64,000 bases of DNA. It comes from Alkalispirochaeta sp. (lineage in GTDB: Bacteria; Spirochaetota; Spirochaetia; DSM-27196; Alkalispirochaetaceae). Position numbers and translations under genes: made by a program. A model generated the notes under the pieces. The model had not been told where the DNA came from and made no database searches. It saw nothing but the letters and a program-made list of their open reading frames with translations. Below are positions 9,501 to 18,353 of the stretch, piece by piece. The stretch's first letter is position 1. Every line of letters starts with the position of its first letter. The stretch is from assembly GCA_965601925.1 (NCBI GenBank), contig OZ271854.1, positions 1,536,001 through 1,600,000 on the forward strand, written 5' to 3'.

Positions 9501-10190
9501 GAAGACGAGCATCGAGTTGTCCCACGCGTAGCTGAAGGAGTCGCCGAGCAAAAAGAGCTCGGCCAACTCGCGGCCGCGCTGGTCGGCCGGCATAGCTTCC
9601 GGATTCTCGAGGTGCTCGGTGAGGGCCGTAAAGAACGTTTCCATCTGCTGGTAGAGGACGACGGTATCGTTCTCTTGCTTGGTGTTTGAGAGCTCCTCCT
9701 CAGCGGTGTCCGAGCTGTACGTCGTCTCGAAGTTGTCGTTCAGCGAACGAATGAGCGGAAGCAGATTGGTCTCCTCGAGCATCGTCAGCGTTCGCTCGAG
9801 GTCGTCGCTCTCCTGCAGCAGCAGCCCCCAGTTCCTCACGAAATCGGTATCGGTCTCGAGATTGATCGCTGTGACGTACTGCATCGCTTCCGGTCGTGAC
9901 TCGAACTCCTCGGCGAACAGGCGTGCGCCGTCGGCCATCACATCCTTGTCGGCACCGGTGACCATCACGAAGATCGATTCGCCACCGTCAAACTCATCCA
10001 TAATTGCGTCCCAGCTGGCGATCATCGGATTGTCCTCCGGCAACAAGTCTTTGATCTGCGTCTTGACGACGATCTGGTTCGCCGCCGCCAGGGACAGCAC
10101 AACGGCAACGACACCGACGATCGGAATGACTTTCCGATAGCGGATGACAAACCGGCCGAGCCCGTCCATTAATCTGTGTTCCAGTTTCAT
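6588..10190 (-). CDS. MMPL/RND transporter fused to C-terminal LolA-like (outer-membrane lipoprotein-sorting) domain
   Basis: Two MMPL repeats (GLGIDYGIQ; GMAVDFGIHLVHRY; SAFTTMIGFGSL), then linker, hydrophobic segment, and FFPSTGRVRRIASG...GGDFSYEDM...DDRFF. Confidence 0.85.
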   Translation of the reverse strand: MKLEHRLMDGLGRFVIRYRKVIPIVGVVAVVLSLAAANQIVVKTQIKDLLPEDNPMIASWDAIMDEFDGGESIFVMVTGADKDVMADGARLFAEEFESRPEAMQYVTAINLETDTDFVRNWGLLLQESDDLERTLTMLEETNLLPLIRSLNDNFETTYSSDTAEEELSNTKQENDTVVLYQQMETFFTALTEHLENPEAMPADQRGRELAELFLLGDSFSYAWDNSMLVFTIVPGISSMDFAELVALMDNVREVQAIVEAQVPGVTVQVTGNIPIQADEQLAMGFDMLVPALVALLLILVVFLFSFDQIRSIVMTLIVLVMGIIFNYGFVGVTIREINMMTSFMSTLLIGLGIDYGIQIVTTFNAMRKLGHDPNKSIMLTFRKAGMGTLLAAFTTAVAFIVMTLTGSKAFAQFGVTAASGIVLCFLAMVTILPSLLLLFGRKQADKEARLPKIDYSFLGSFAEWAGKHRLGVLVVGAVMSGALAFAALGMRVEYNFMNLEPQDMPSIVAYNDLSERLGITPSQTMVIADSIEQAHELTDRLEEEPLIADVRSIAYLIPRRSDARERLEIVTRSRDAVGRTTELDYGGATLEDLLYEIQRVEWNLIEIADLSVAGLGEDNRILRKRNAMVREIFGAEVGEAGDEVFQTLITLIESDPQRYGALLSELDTAFAAETSAIARDMVAVDRPIGIGDLPENYRDGFLSGTGERNLVTAFPAEGMYESLPLMERFTEDMQQIDDRMTGSVQLGLEWTRESFRSSIRAGIFILIVVVAALLIEFRSIRWAAAAAFPLVFGMVWMLGLYPALGMKINPINLAMVPLVIGMAVDFGIHLVHRYREERDLRVTYSYTGKAVLLSAFTTMIGFGSLALVGEFKSLSLIGAILFLGIASAFVVSLVFLPAVLAERPRANRTRADLEVGGGRGNNGRRGRQTADTGAARIGNRTVGGVRCSVERLVAGPGAVLALAIVVLAVAAGTAGAQDATEIMRRVSDEQDADTAAMRISMHIYDSLESDESRDLFIESYGRGDTENYMEFVAPRSIAGLRVQDLDGEIRVFFPSTGRVRRIASGQKSGSVGGVGGDFSYEDMGGGELLDDYTFSMVDETPAAWVIRGIPTDPDSSYNHLIYTIDRERLVATRIEYFTEDHGREKTLTAETFQTIQGRLIATELTMMNHRRHRRTQLVIHQAAFDVPMDDRFFNPNRFYR

Positions 10191-10262
10191 CGTTTACTCC
10201 TTGCATTCGCCTGCGGCCACGCGCCGGTTGGCGAGCGCGCCACAGGTGATCTCACACGTATC

Positions 10263-10279
10263 CGCAAAAAACGTGCCAA
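10263..10279 (-). promoter_or_regulatory. Sigma-54 (-24/-12) promoter of MMPL operon
   Basis: Minus strand TTGGCACGTTTTTTGCG = TGGCAC-N5-TTGC. Confidence 0.8.
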
Positions 10280-10349
10280 GCCGAAATGGGCCCCCCGACG
10301 TGGAATCGGCAGGATTTCCGCCGGGAGCGGCGCGGCGCGCACCTCTCCG

Positions 10350-10440
10350 TCGCCATATTTGACGATTCGCCGGGGCGTCATTCGCCGTATGTGACGGATG
10401 GGTTTTACGAGCGGCGGCCACCGCTCGCCCGAATTGGCGG
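10350..10440. promoter_or_regulatory. Three putative enhancer (UAS) sites CGCC-N6-G(A/G)CG
   Basis: tcgccatatttgacga, tcgccgtatgtgacgg, tcgcccgaattggcgg lying between two sigma-54 promoters. Confidence 0.55.
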
Positions 10441-10534
10441 ATTCAGTCGCTACTTCATGGTTCAGGGAGCGAAACGACACCCGCTGCGGAACGGCGGACC
10501 TCGATATCTTTTAAATCCAACGTAACTTGCTCAT

Positions 10535-10551
10535 TTGGTATGGGAATTGCT
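10535..10551 (+). promoter_or_regulatory. Sigma-54 (-24/-12) promoter of ABM/ATC-hydrolase genes
   Basis: TTGGTATGGGAATTGCT with GG-N10-GC spacing. Confidence 0.7.
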
Positions 10552-10765
10552 TTTTTAAGATTGGACGCTGATGGCCAAAGGATATGCGCAGGTGCCGGGA
10601 CGGCTGGGTGATCCCGACGTGATCTAGGGGCGAACGCTTTGTACGACAGACGATGGGTCCGGCTTCGACACCCCCGGCGATACGTTGGTCGACGACGTCA
10701 CACACACGCCGGCCGGCAAGCGCATACCGATGCAAACAGCGCAATAAAAGCGTAAGGAGGATCGG

Positions 10766-11065
10766 ATGATCACAGAACTGATCGAGTTCAACCTCAAGGA
10801 GGGTGCCGACGAATCGGAGTTTCTGACCCTACTGAAGCGGTTCCACGAGTTCTTCAAACACAACTTCACGGGGTACGCCGGGTTGGAGTCCACCAAAGGC
10901 GAGAATCGCTGGGTCACGATTATGCACTGGGAGAGCATGAAGGACGTACACCTGGCCGGCGAAACCCTAAAAAACCGAGCACGCGAGGTCGCCGAGTACC
11001 AGTCACTGACGGACCTTTCATCGATCAGGCTGACCTTCCTCGAGCGGAAAATGGTGCTTGACTGA
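10766..11065 (+). CDS. ABM-like (dimeric alpha-beta barrel) small protein
   Basis: ITELIEFNLKEG...GYAGLE...WVTIMHWESMKD; GGAGG RBS. Confidence 0.65.
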   Translation: MITELIEFNLKEGADESEFLTLLKRFHEFFKHNFTGYAGLESTKGENRWVTIMHWESMKDVHLAGETLKNRAREVAEYQSLTDLSSIRLTFLERKMVLD

Positions 11066-11148
11066 GTGTGAGAGCGTGCCGAACCCTCGGCGGTAACAGC
11101 GCGATTCTCATGCATCCAGCTTCGGTTTCTAAAAGAGGAGGAACGACG

Positions 11149-11883
11149 ATGAACAAACCGAACATCGGTTACTGGACGCGCAACGCGGCCAAGGTCCGTA
11201 GGATCGCGGTACGAACGCTGCCCATCTACGAGCAGTCCGCCAGCCGCTACACGGTCGTCGCGCTTCCGGGGCGCTTCCGCGCCGCCGTGATGGCGGAGCT
11301 CGACCACTACATCGGCGCCTTGCCGTACCACGCCGGCGGCAGCGGCAACTTCTTCAACGGATTGATGCCGACCCTGGCAGTGATGGCGTCGGTTCACGTG
11401 GTGCTTACCAAAGAGGGGTGGACCCCCGAACAGGTCGGCCGACTATCGTACGACACGTTCCACGCCAAGTTCCGCCGTCTGCCCGGGGTTGTCCGAACGC
11501 TGATGCGCGCGGTGATGGTGTCTCCCCTTCTGGCGCGCAAGATGCGGCCCGTGAGCGAAGCGATGCGCCGCTCCGGGCGTAGCGACACGTTCTTCATCGA
11601 CTACTCGTTCGCGCGTCGCCCGAGACGATGCTCCACGATGAACTGCACCCAGTGCGGCATGGTGGAGTTCATGCGCCGTAACGGCCTCGACGGAATGCTC
11701 ACCTACTGCAACGTGTTCGACTTTGCGCAGGCCGATGCGTGTGGGATGGGGCTCGTACAGCCGGCCTGCATCGGTACCGGCGATGCGGACTGCACCTATT
11801 TCATCACCCGTACCCCGGCCGACACCCGCTACCCCGAGCAACTCGCGCGAATACTCGGTCTCGATATGACCGCTAGCGGCTGA
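11149..11883 (+). CDS. L-2-amino-thiazoline-4-carboxylic acid hydrolase family protein
   Basis: TQCGMVEF...YCNVFDFA...GMGLVQPACIGTGDADCTY pattern; GAGGAGG RBS before ATG 11149. Confidence 0.7.
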   Translation: MNKPNIGYWTRNAAKVRRIAVRTLPIYEQSASRYTVVALPGRFRAAVMAELDHYIGALPYHAGGSGNFFNGLMPTLAVMASVHVVLTKEGWTPEQVGRLSYDTFHAKFRRLPGVVRTLMRAVMVSPLLARKMRPVSEAMRRSGRSDTFFIDYSFARRPRRCSTMNCTQCGMVEFMRRNGLDGMLTYCNVFDFAQADACGMGLVQPACIGTGDADCTYFITRTPADTRYPEQLARILGLDMTASG

Positions 11884-13384
11884 TTCCGAGTTTCGCCATC
11901 TTTCCGCGTAATGTACTGGGGTTGAGACCCAACAGGTCGGCCGCTCCGCCCTCACCGTGAATGCGCCCGTCGGTGACCGAGAGCGCGAGCCGGATATGGT
12001 CCGCGACCAAAGTGTCCAGCGGTTTGAGTACGCCGTCGACCAGCGGTGCGACTGCGCGCGACGGGGTGACGTTATCGAACGTGAGCGGTCCGTACGGGTT
12101 GAGGATGATCTCGCGTTCAACCACGTTCTGGAGCTCGCGAACGTTGCCCGGCCAGTCGTACCCGACGAGGGCATCCATCGCACCCGGCGCGGTCACCGGG
12201 ATGGCCGAGAGCTTTAACTCCTTCGTCTTCAACTCGATGAAGTGTTGTACCAGGGAGGGGATATCGACACTGCGCTCTCGGAGCGGCGGTATCTCGATCG
12301 GAAACACATTGAGCCGAAACCAGAGATCCTCGCGGAAATCTCCCGCCGACACCAACGCGCTGAGGTCGCGGTTTGTCGCCGCAATCACGCGAAGGTCGAG
12401 CGCGATCGTTTCGGTCCCGCCGACGCGTTCTATCTCGTGGCTCTGCAGTACCCGCAGCAGGCGAACCTGTGCGGCGAGTGGTAGCTCGCCGACCTCGTCG
12501 AGGAAGATCGTTCCGCAGTTGGCCCGCTCAAAGCGACCACGGCGCTGCGCGAGGGCACCGGTAAACGCCCCTTTTTCGTGCCCGAACAGCTCGCTGTCTA
12601 TCAGCGATTCGGGGATCGCACCGCAATTGACGCCGACGAACGGACGATCGCTCCGAGGCGACGCCGCGTGAACTGCGTGCGCAATCACTTCCTTTCCCAC
12701 CCCGGTCTCACCGGACAGTAGCACCGGGCTGTCATAGGCCGCGACCCGACGCGCCTTTTCCATGACGTCTCGCAGACCGTGGTTGTGGCCGATCACCTCG
12801 CCTCCCACCGCTCGGCGCAGCTCGTCGTTCAGGTAGCGGACGTCGTCTGCGAGCCTGTTTTTCAGCTGCAACACGTTTGCGTGCTGCAGCGCGTTGGCCA
12901 TCGCCACTGCAAACGGCTCGCGTAACAGCGCCATGGCGCGTACGTGTTCATCGCTGAACTGCCGCGTTTCCGAGACGAGCACCACATTGCCGAGGAATCC
13001 GTGGACGGAGTCCAATGGAATGACCATCAACGACTCCGCGCGTTGATCGAAGAGCCCCAGCAGGTGGTTCGGGACCGGTTCGTTGTGTGGATTGGGGATT
13101 ACATAAGGCGGAGGAACACCGTTCGCCAAGCGGTCACGGACGTAGGCGACGTACTCCGGCTGCAGCTGCTCGATGATCTTGACGGGCCGCCCCTCGGTGG
13201 GGGTCGCGTCGACGATAAAGCGCAGCGTCCCGGCATCGGGGTCGAAATGTTCGAGGAACAGCCGCTGGGCCGGTACGTATTCGTTGACAAACGCGAGGAA
13301 CGCCGCCATCGCCTCGTGGATCGCGAGGTTGCCGCAGATGAGAACGGTTGCCTGCCGGAAGAAGACATCGTCCTTGGCGTTCAC
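11873..13384 (-). CDS. Sigma-54-dependent enhancer-binding protein (GAF-like, AAA+, Fis-HTH; FhlA/NifA-type)
   Basis: GETGVGKE, ELFGHEKGAFTGA, FLDEVGE, WPGNVREL, C-terminal HTH. Confidence 0.95.
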   Translation of the reverse strand: MNAKDDVFFRQATVLICGNLAIHEAMAAFLAFVNEYVPAQRLFLEHFDPDAGTLRFIVDATPTEGRPVKIIEQLQPEYVAYVRDRLANGVPPPYVIPNPHNEPVPNHLLGLFDQRAESLMVIPLDSVHGFLGNVVLVSETRQFSDEHVRAMALLREPFAVAMANALQHANVLQLKNRLADDVRYLNDELRRAVGGEVIGHNHGLRDVMEKARRVAAYDSPVLLSGETGVGKEVIAHAVHAASPRSDRPFVGVNCGAIPESLIDSELFGHEKGAFTGALAQRRGRFERANCGTIFLDEVGELPLAAQVRLLRVLQSHEIERVGGTETIALDLRVIAATNRDLSALVSAGDFREDLWFRLNVFPIEIPPLRERSVDIPSLVQHFIELKTKELKLSAIPVTAPGAMDALVGYDWPGNVRELQNVVEREIILNPYGPLTFDNVTPSRAVAPLVDGVLKPLDTLVADHIRLALSVTDGRIHGEGGAADLLGLNPSTLRGKMAKLGISR

Positions 13385-13577
13385 CAGTATTCATTGTGTG
13401 GCATTCCGAGTCCGGCGTCCAGCACGGGATTAGGCGACCACAGGCAGTGTCCACCCTCAAGGCGAGATCGGGGCAACGTCGGCGCATCATTTGCCGGATC
13501 CTTACGGGTAGGACGACAGTGGAGATCTCGCGATCGTTTGTCCATTGGGATTAACAATGCGCAACACAACACCGAGA

Positions 13578-14168
13578 TCACGCCGTGGCGAGGGTACTCA
13601 AGAAGATGTGCACCGTATCGCGCGCGGTCCGCACATCCTCCGGGGTTGTGATCCACAAGCTCAACTGATTCATCGCCCCCGAAAGCGCGCGCGCGGTAGC
13701 TTCGATATGGAGAGGGCGTATTCGCCCTCTCTCGGCCAGCGTGTCCAGCACCTCGACTAACGGAGTCGTGGTGTAGTGATCGTCGAGACGCTGCCACTCC
13801 CGCATCCCCAGAATGCTCGGCGCTTCGGTGAGAATGATCCGCCGGTACGCCGCATCCTGCGACTCTACGAGAAATCCCTCACATCCCAAAACGAGCGCCT
13901 CCCAAGGATCCTCCCCGGCTGAGGCTCCGCTGCGAGCGTGTCGCTGAATCGCCTCTCCCATATTCTCAAGAAGCGCTATCGCCGACGCGCGAAAAAGCAG
14001 CTCTTTATTCTTGAAATGGTGATAAATCGCTCCCCGCGTCACGCTCACCTCGGAGGCCAGCGTCTCCAAAGAAAGCTTCTCGTATCCCACAACCGAAAAA
14101 ACCTCTATCGCCTTGTTCAAAATACCCGTTCGGGTCCGTTGCGCTTCTTCGGGCGTCCTGCGAGGCAT
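13578..14168 (-). CDS. TetR/AcrR family regulator
   Basis: VTRGAIYHHFKNKELLF HTH. Confidence 0.92.
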   Translation of the reverse strand: MPRRTPEEAQRTRTGILNKAIEVFSVVGYEKLSLETLASEVSVTRGAIYHHFKNKELLFRASAIALLENMGEAIQRHARSGASAGEDPWEALVLGCEGFLVESQDAAYRRIILTEAPSILGMREWQRLDDHYTTTPLVEVLDTLAERGRIRPLHIEATARALSGAMNQLSLWITTPEDVRTARDTVHIFLSTLATA

Positions 14169-14194
14169 AGAACGAGTATAAAAAAAGGTTGACA

Positions 14195-14257
14195 TACATA
14201 CAAGATGAATGTATATCTGTTTATACATACGTTCTGAATGTATGTATAAACAGATAT
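14195..14257. promoter_or_regulatory. TetR operators in divergent promoter
   Basis: Two TACATAC-N5-GAATGTA sites; perfect 18-bp inverted repeat 14213-14230/14240-14257. Confidence 0.8.
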
Positions 14258-14271
14258 CGACGGAGGTTTCT

Positions 14272-14697
14272 ATGCAGATATCCAGTGTGTATCCCGTGTT
14301 TATGACGAAAGACGTCGCGGGTCTCTCCGGCTTTTATCGCACATACTTCGGCTTCGAGACGAGTTTCGAGGCCGACTGGTATGTAAGTCTCAAGACGGCC
14401 GGGGACGGACACTACTTTCAGCTCGCATTTGTCCGGGAGGGCCATCCTTCGATACCCGAGGGATTCAGCCGCCCGGCGTCGGGTCTCATTCTCAACATAG
14501 AGATCGAAGACGCCCGTTCGGAGTACGAACGTCTGGTAGTCTCGGGCCGATTGCCGGTGAAAGTCGACATCCGGGACGAACCGTGGGGTCAGCGGCACTT
14601 CATCCTCGCGGACCCGGCATCGAATCTGATCGATGTGATCCAGATCATCCCGCCGACGAGCGAGTTTCTCGCGCAGTACACCGACGGAGTTCAATAA
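14272..14697 (+). CDS. VOC/glyoxalase family protein
   Basis: FYRTYFGFE...DEPWGQRHFILADPASNLIDV; GGAGG RBS. Confidence 0.9.
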   Translation: MQISSVYPVFMTKDVAGLSGFYRTYFGFETSFEADWYVSLKTAGDGHYFQLAFVREGHPSIPEGFSRPASGLILNIEIEDARSEYERLVVSGRLPVKVDIRDEPWGQRHFILADPASNLIDVIQIIPPTSEFLAQYTDGVQ

Positions 14698-14950
14698 TGG
14701 TGGAGGCCTCCTTAACTCGACGCTTCGGGACCGGTCTTCTACACGCTATCGCCTGAAGATTTGAGGTCCTTTGGTCCAACTTCGTCATGGGAGTCGGTGG
14801 TCGGGGCGGCGAACCGGATGGACTGCCTCCGATGAGGTGAGTGGTCGCCGCGCCGATAGATCTCGGAAAGACGTTGCGTAGGGGCGGTGTCACGGTCGGG
14901 ACGCTCCGGTCGAACGGTTCCGCCGGGCCGCTATCCCCGCATACTGTGAG

Positions 14951-15865
14951 ATGGTATCCTCCGGCATGCCCAAAGAACCGACGATGGTGACCCTGACGAG
15001 TCCGATCAACTTCGAGTTACGGCACCTCCGGAGTTTCTTGGTGCTCGCACGGACGCTCAGCTACGTAAGAGCGGCGGAAGCTCTTTCGATCGTGCAGCCG
15101 GCACTCACCCGGCAGATTAAGGACCTCGAGTATCATCTCGGTGTTCGCCTCTTTGAGCGCGGCACGACCGGTACGACATTGACGCCGGCGGGCAAAGAGT
15201 TGGTACCCCTCGCGAACGAGATCATGCGCTCGATCGCCGATGCGCGGACGGCGATGAGCAGGTTCGACGGTACGACGTTGCGCGCACGACTCGGCGCCTC
15301 TTCCGGCGTTGCGGTAGCGACATTGTCCTCGCTTATCGCCGAGGCGCAAGCCGAGTTTCCCGAGATTGAGATAGACGTGATCGCCGGGTATACCGAGCAG
15401 CTGGTCGAAGACGTGCGATCGCGAAGAATCGACGCCGCCCTGATCCATCCACCGGTCAACGCCCCGGACATGATTACGCGCCACATATACTCGGAACCAC
15501 TCGTCCTCGCCGGACCGAGTCCCGAGCAGGAAACGATCCAATCCGATAAACTCATCATCTTCCCCGAGGTCGCGGGACCCGCCCTGTATCACACCCTTCG
15601 GCGAATCGCCCGCGAGGTGTTCGGCGATCGCTTTATAATCAGCTTCAGCGAATCGTTTTCGGCGCGTTTGGCCATGGTCGCTGCGGGCTCGGGATGGTCC
15701 GTTTTTCCCCGGTCAATGGTCGCCGATCAACCGCTTCGGATCAGAACACACCCGGAACTCCCCGAGTTAGCGACCGCGGTGGTCTACCCCGAGACCTTGC
15801 GAGACTCGCGCGTGTCTGAGGTCTGGCAGTTCTTGCAAACGCGCGAACCCTATCATCGACCTTGA
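14951..15865 (+). CDS. LysR family regulator (start uncertain)
   Basis: LRHLRSF...RAAEALSIVQPALTRQIKDLEYHLGVRLFER. Confidence 0.92.
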   Translation: MVSSGMPKEPTMVTLTSPINFELRHLRSFLVLARTLSYVRAAEALSIVQPALTRQIKDLEYHLGVRLFERGTTGTTLTPAGKELVPLANEIMRSIADARTAMSRFDGTTLRARLGASSGVAVATLSSLIAEAQAEFPEIEIDVIAGYTEQLVEDVRSRRIDAALIHPPVNAPDMITRHIYSEPLVLAGPSPEQETIQSDKLIIFPEVAGPALYHTLRRIAREVFGDRFIISFSESFSARLAMVAAGSGWSVFPRSMVADQPLRIRTHPELPELATAVVYPETLRDSRVSEVWQFLQTREPYHRP

Positions 15866-15947
15866 TAAGCCCATAACGAAATCCTATTAGTCCCGTCCGA
15901 CGCCTCTTTGTAACCTTCCCGCAACCAAAAAGACAAAGGAGGTGTGG

Positions 15948-17414
15948 ATGAACACACCACAATGCAAACGGTTCGGTCGTCTACAGAGGTGCGGCACGCG
16001 GCTTGCCGTAGCGGTTCTCGCATGTACGCTCCCGATTACACCGGCGTTCGCCGGAGGCGCGCGCGACGGGAGCTCGGACGAGGCGTCGCAGGTGACGGCG
16101 ACGGTATTCTCGCCCGCTGAGCTTTCCGCGGTCGATCGGGACATCTACGCACCGATGGACTTCGAAGGCCGCTTTATCGTCTCGATCTCCGACGCCGACA
16201 TGCTCTCGTCCGCCTATGTGAACGGCATGCTCGGCCCGCGCGAGGGTCGCGATGCGCTCAGCGTCATTCCACTGGGTGGAGACCCGCGGGAGTGGCAAGC
16301 GTACGAGGTCGAAGCAAGCAACTCGGTCGCCGGTCCGCCCGCGGCGGTCGACATCACGCCGGACGGCCGGTTCGCGTTCGTGGTGGAGTCTTTTACGCCC
16401 CGACCCGCCGACGGAGACGGGCTGGAGCATACATTCGGCGACCTTGCATTTGGTGACAGCCTACTCGTTTTTGATCTTGCCGATCCCCGTAACCCGGTGC
16501 TTCACGAGGAAGTCCGCCTGCCGTTGCGTCCGGACGCCGTGCGAGTCAACGCGACGGGAACGATCGTAGCCGTCTCGATCAATCCGAACGGTGGGGGCAC
16601 GGAGACGCCGATTGCAGTGTTCCCGTTCGGCGATGGTCGCCTGGGAGAGCCGTCTTTTCCGTCGGTCCCCGCATGGGTTGCCGGCGACCGCCTTATCGAC
16701 CTTGACTTTCATCCTGAGACCGACGTGCTCGCACTGATAAACGAGACCGGCAAGGACTTGCGATTCGTCGAGGTTCTCGAGGCGGGCGGCGAGTTCAGCC
16801 TCGAGCTGATCGGAAATGTAGTCGAGACCGAACGGGCGCAGTATCGCGTGGAGTTCGCACCCGATGGGCGCCACGTTCTCACCAATGCTCTCTACTGGGG
16901 CGCCGACATCCAAGGAACGTGGAATGAAGCGCCACGCGGCAGCGTAATTTCGGTGCGCTATCGAGCCGAGGAGCGGGCGGACGGAACGGTGCGTCACGCT
17001 CTGGTCTCTCGCGCCATAACGGGCGTGTCACCGGAGGGTCTGGCGATAAGCCCCGACGGACGTTGGGTAGCAACGACGAATCTTGAACGGAGCTTCCTGC
17101 CGTACGACGACCCGCGCATTACCTTCTTCAGCTCGATTACGTTAATTGAGTTTGACCGGGAGACGGGAGCCCTGCGGCGCATCGGTGATTTCACGTACAG
17201 CGGGATTCTGCCGGAAGCCGTACTCTTCGACAACAGCGGAAACTACCTGGCCGTGGCCACCTATGACCACTTCGACGATCGTCGGATGGGAGGGTCCATA
17301 GATTTCTGGCGCATCGCCGGCGACGTGCAAGACCCGTTCCGGGTCGAACTCGTGAAGACGGAGTACTCGGTACCGGTCACGCGAGGTGCTCACTCGATGG
17401 CGATCAGCCGCTAA
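15948..17414 (+). CDS. Secreted beta-propeller (lactonase-like) protein
   Basis: Signal peptide (AFAGG), repeated SPDG/TPDG blades, VSPEGLAISPDG. Confidence 0.7.
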   Translation: MNTPQCKRFGRLQRCGTRLAVAVLACTLPITPAFAGGARDGSSDEASQVTATVFSPAELSAVDRDIYAPMDFEGRFIVSISDADMLSSAYVNGMLGPREGRDALSVIPLGGDPREWQAYEVEASNSVAGPPAAVDITPDGRFAFVVESFTPRPADGDGLEHTFGDLAFGDSLLVFDLADPRNPVLHEEVRLPLRPDAVRVNATGTIVAVSINPNGGGTETPIAVFPFGDGRLGEPSFPSVPAWVAGDRLIDLDFHPETDVLALINETGKDLRFVEVLEAGGEFSLELIGNVVETERAQYRVEFAPDGRHVLTNALYWGADIQGTWNEAPRGSVISVRYRAEERADGTVRHALVSRAITGVSPEGLAISPDGRWVATTNLERSFLPYDDPRITFFSSITLIEFDRETGALRRIGDFTYSGILPEAVLFDNSGNYLAVATYDHFDDRRMGGSIDFWRIAGDVQDPFRVELVKTEYSVPVTRGAHSMAISR

Positions 17415-17608
17415 ACGGGATCGTTGCGCGGTTCGATCGACCGTGTCGATCGCCGGGCCGAACGCACGTTCGGCCCGGTACTCTACGGTGCTTCGCGACG
17501 TAGTGTGCGGAGATCGACAGGACGGCGGATCGAACGTCACGCCCCTCCGCCCGACGTGTTGAAGCTCGGATCGGCGGGTCGAAGGCGAAAGCCGCGCCAA
17601 GCGACTCG

Positions 17609-18343
17609 TTACACGACGATTTTACATAGCCGGGAGATGGTACGGATACTGTATGTCGGAGCAGCACCATCTTCGACGGGGATTCCGGCTCGATTGTAGT
17701 AACAGAAATCAATCCCTGCGGCGACGGCGCCTTGATAGTCGTTTCGAATCGAATCTCCGACATACAGAACCTGGTGAGGCTGGAGGTGCATCCGCTCCAG
17801 GGCGATCACAAAGATCTGCGGGTCCGGTTTCGTGTACCCGACTGCATCGGACACGAGAATCTCTTCGAAAAAGCGCTCGATCCGAGCCGCCCGAACCCGC
17901 TTCTCTTGTGCCGGTGATGTTCCGTTGGTAACGATTCCGAGTCGGAATGTTGATGATAGCGACCGAATCGTCTCCAACGCACCCGGTTCGAACGAGACCT
18001 CGGTCAAAAAGACGCGCCGGTAGACTTCGGAGAGGCATCGCGCGGGAGCGGTGTCGAGCGAGAGAGCGTCCAAGGCGTCGGAGAACGACTTTTCGACCAT
18101 ATCGTGCGGATTGAACTCGGAGCGCCGCCTCCAGTACTCGGCGTTTGCCGACTCGTATGCCTCAAGAAAGGAGGCCAGTGTATGGTTTTCAATGGGCAGA
18201 TCGCAGAACGTCACAGCCTTTAGGATGGCGTTCCGTTCGCACCGATGGAAATCAAGGATGGTATTATCGAGATCGAAGAGGATCGCAGAGTAGGTTCCTG
18301 GGGCGTTCGATCGCGTCGCGTCGTTGATCATAGGCTCCCGCAC
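17609..18343 (-). CDS. HAD hydrolase, YjjG-like nucleotidase
   Basis: FDLDNT, VTNG, KPDP, VGDSIRNDYQGA. Confidence 0.88.
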   Translation of the reverse strand: MREPMINDATRSNAPGTYSAILFDLDNTILDFHRCERNAILKAVTFCDLPIENHTLASFLEAYESANAEYWRRRSEFNPHDMVEKSFSDALDALSLDTAPARCLSEVYRRVFLTEVSFEPGALETIRSLSSTFRLGIVTNGTSPAQEKRVRAARIERFFEEILVSDAVGYTKPDPQIFVIALERMHLQPHQVLYVGDSIRNDYQGAVAAGIDFCYYNRAGIPVEDGAAPTYSIRTISRLCKIVV

Positions 18344-18353
18344 CGTTTCGACG

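Noticed and set aside
10572..10587. Third sigma-54-like site TGGCCAAAGGATATGC
   Set aside because: GG-GC spacing is 11, not the required 10
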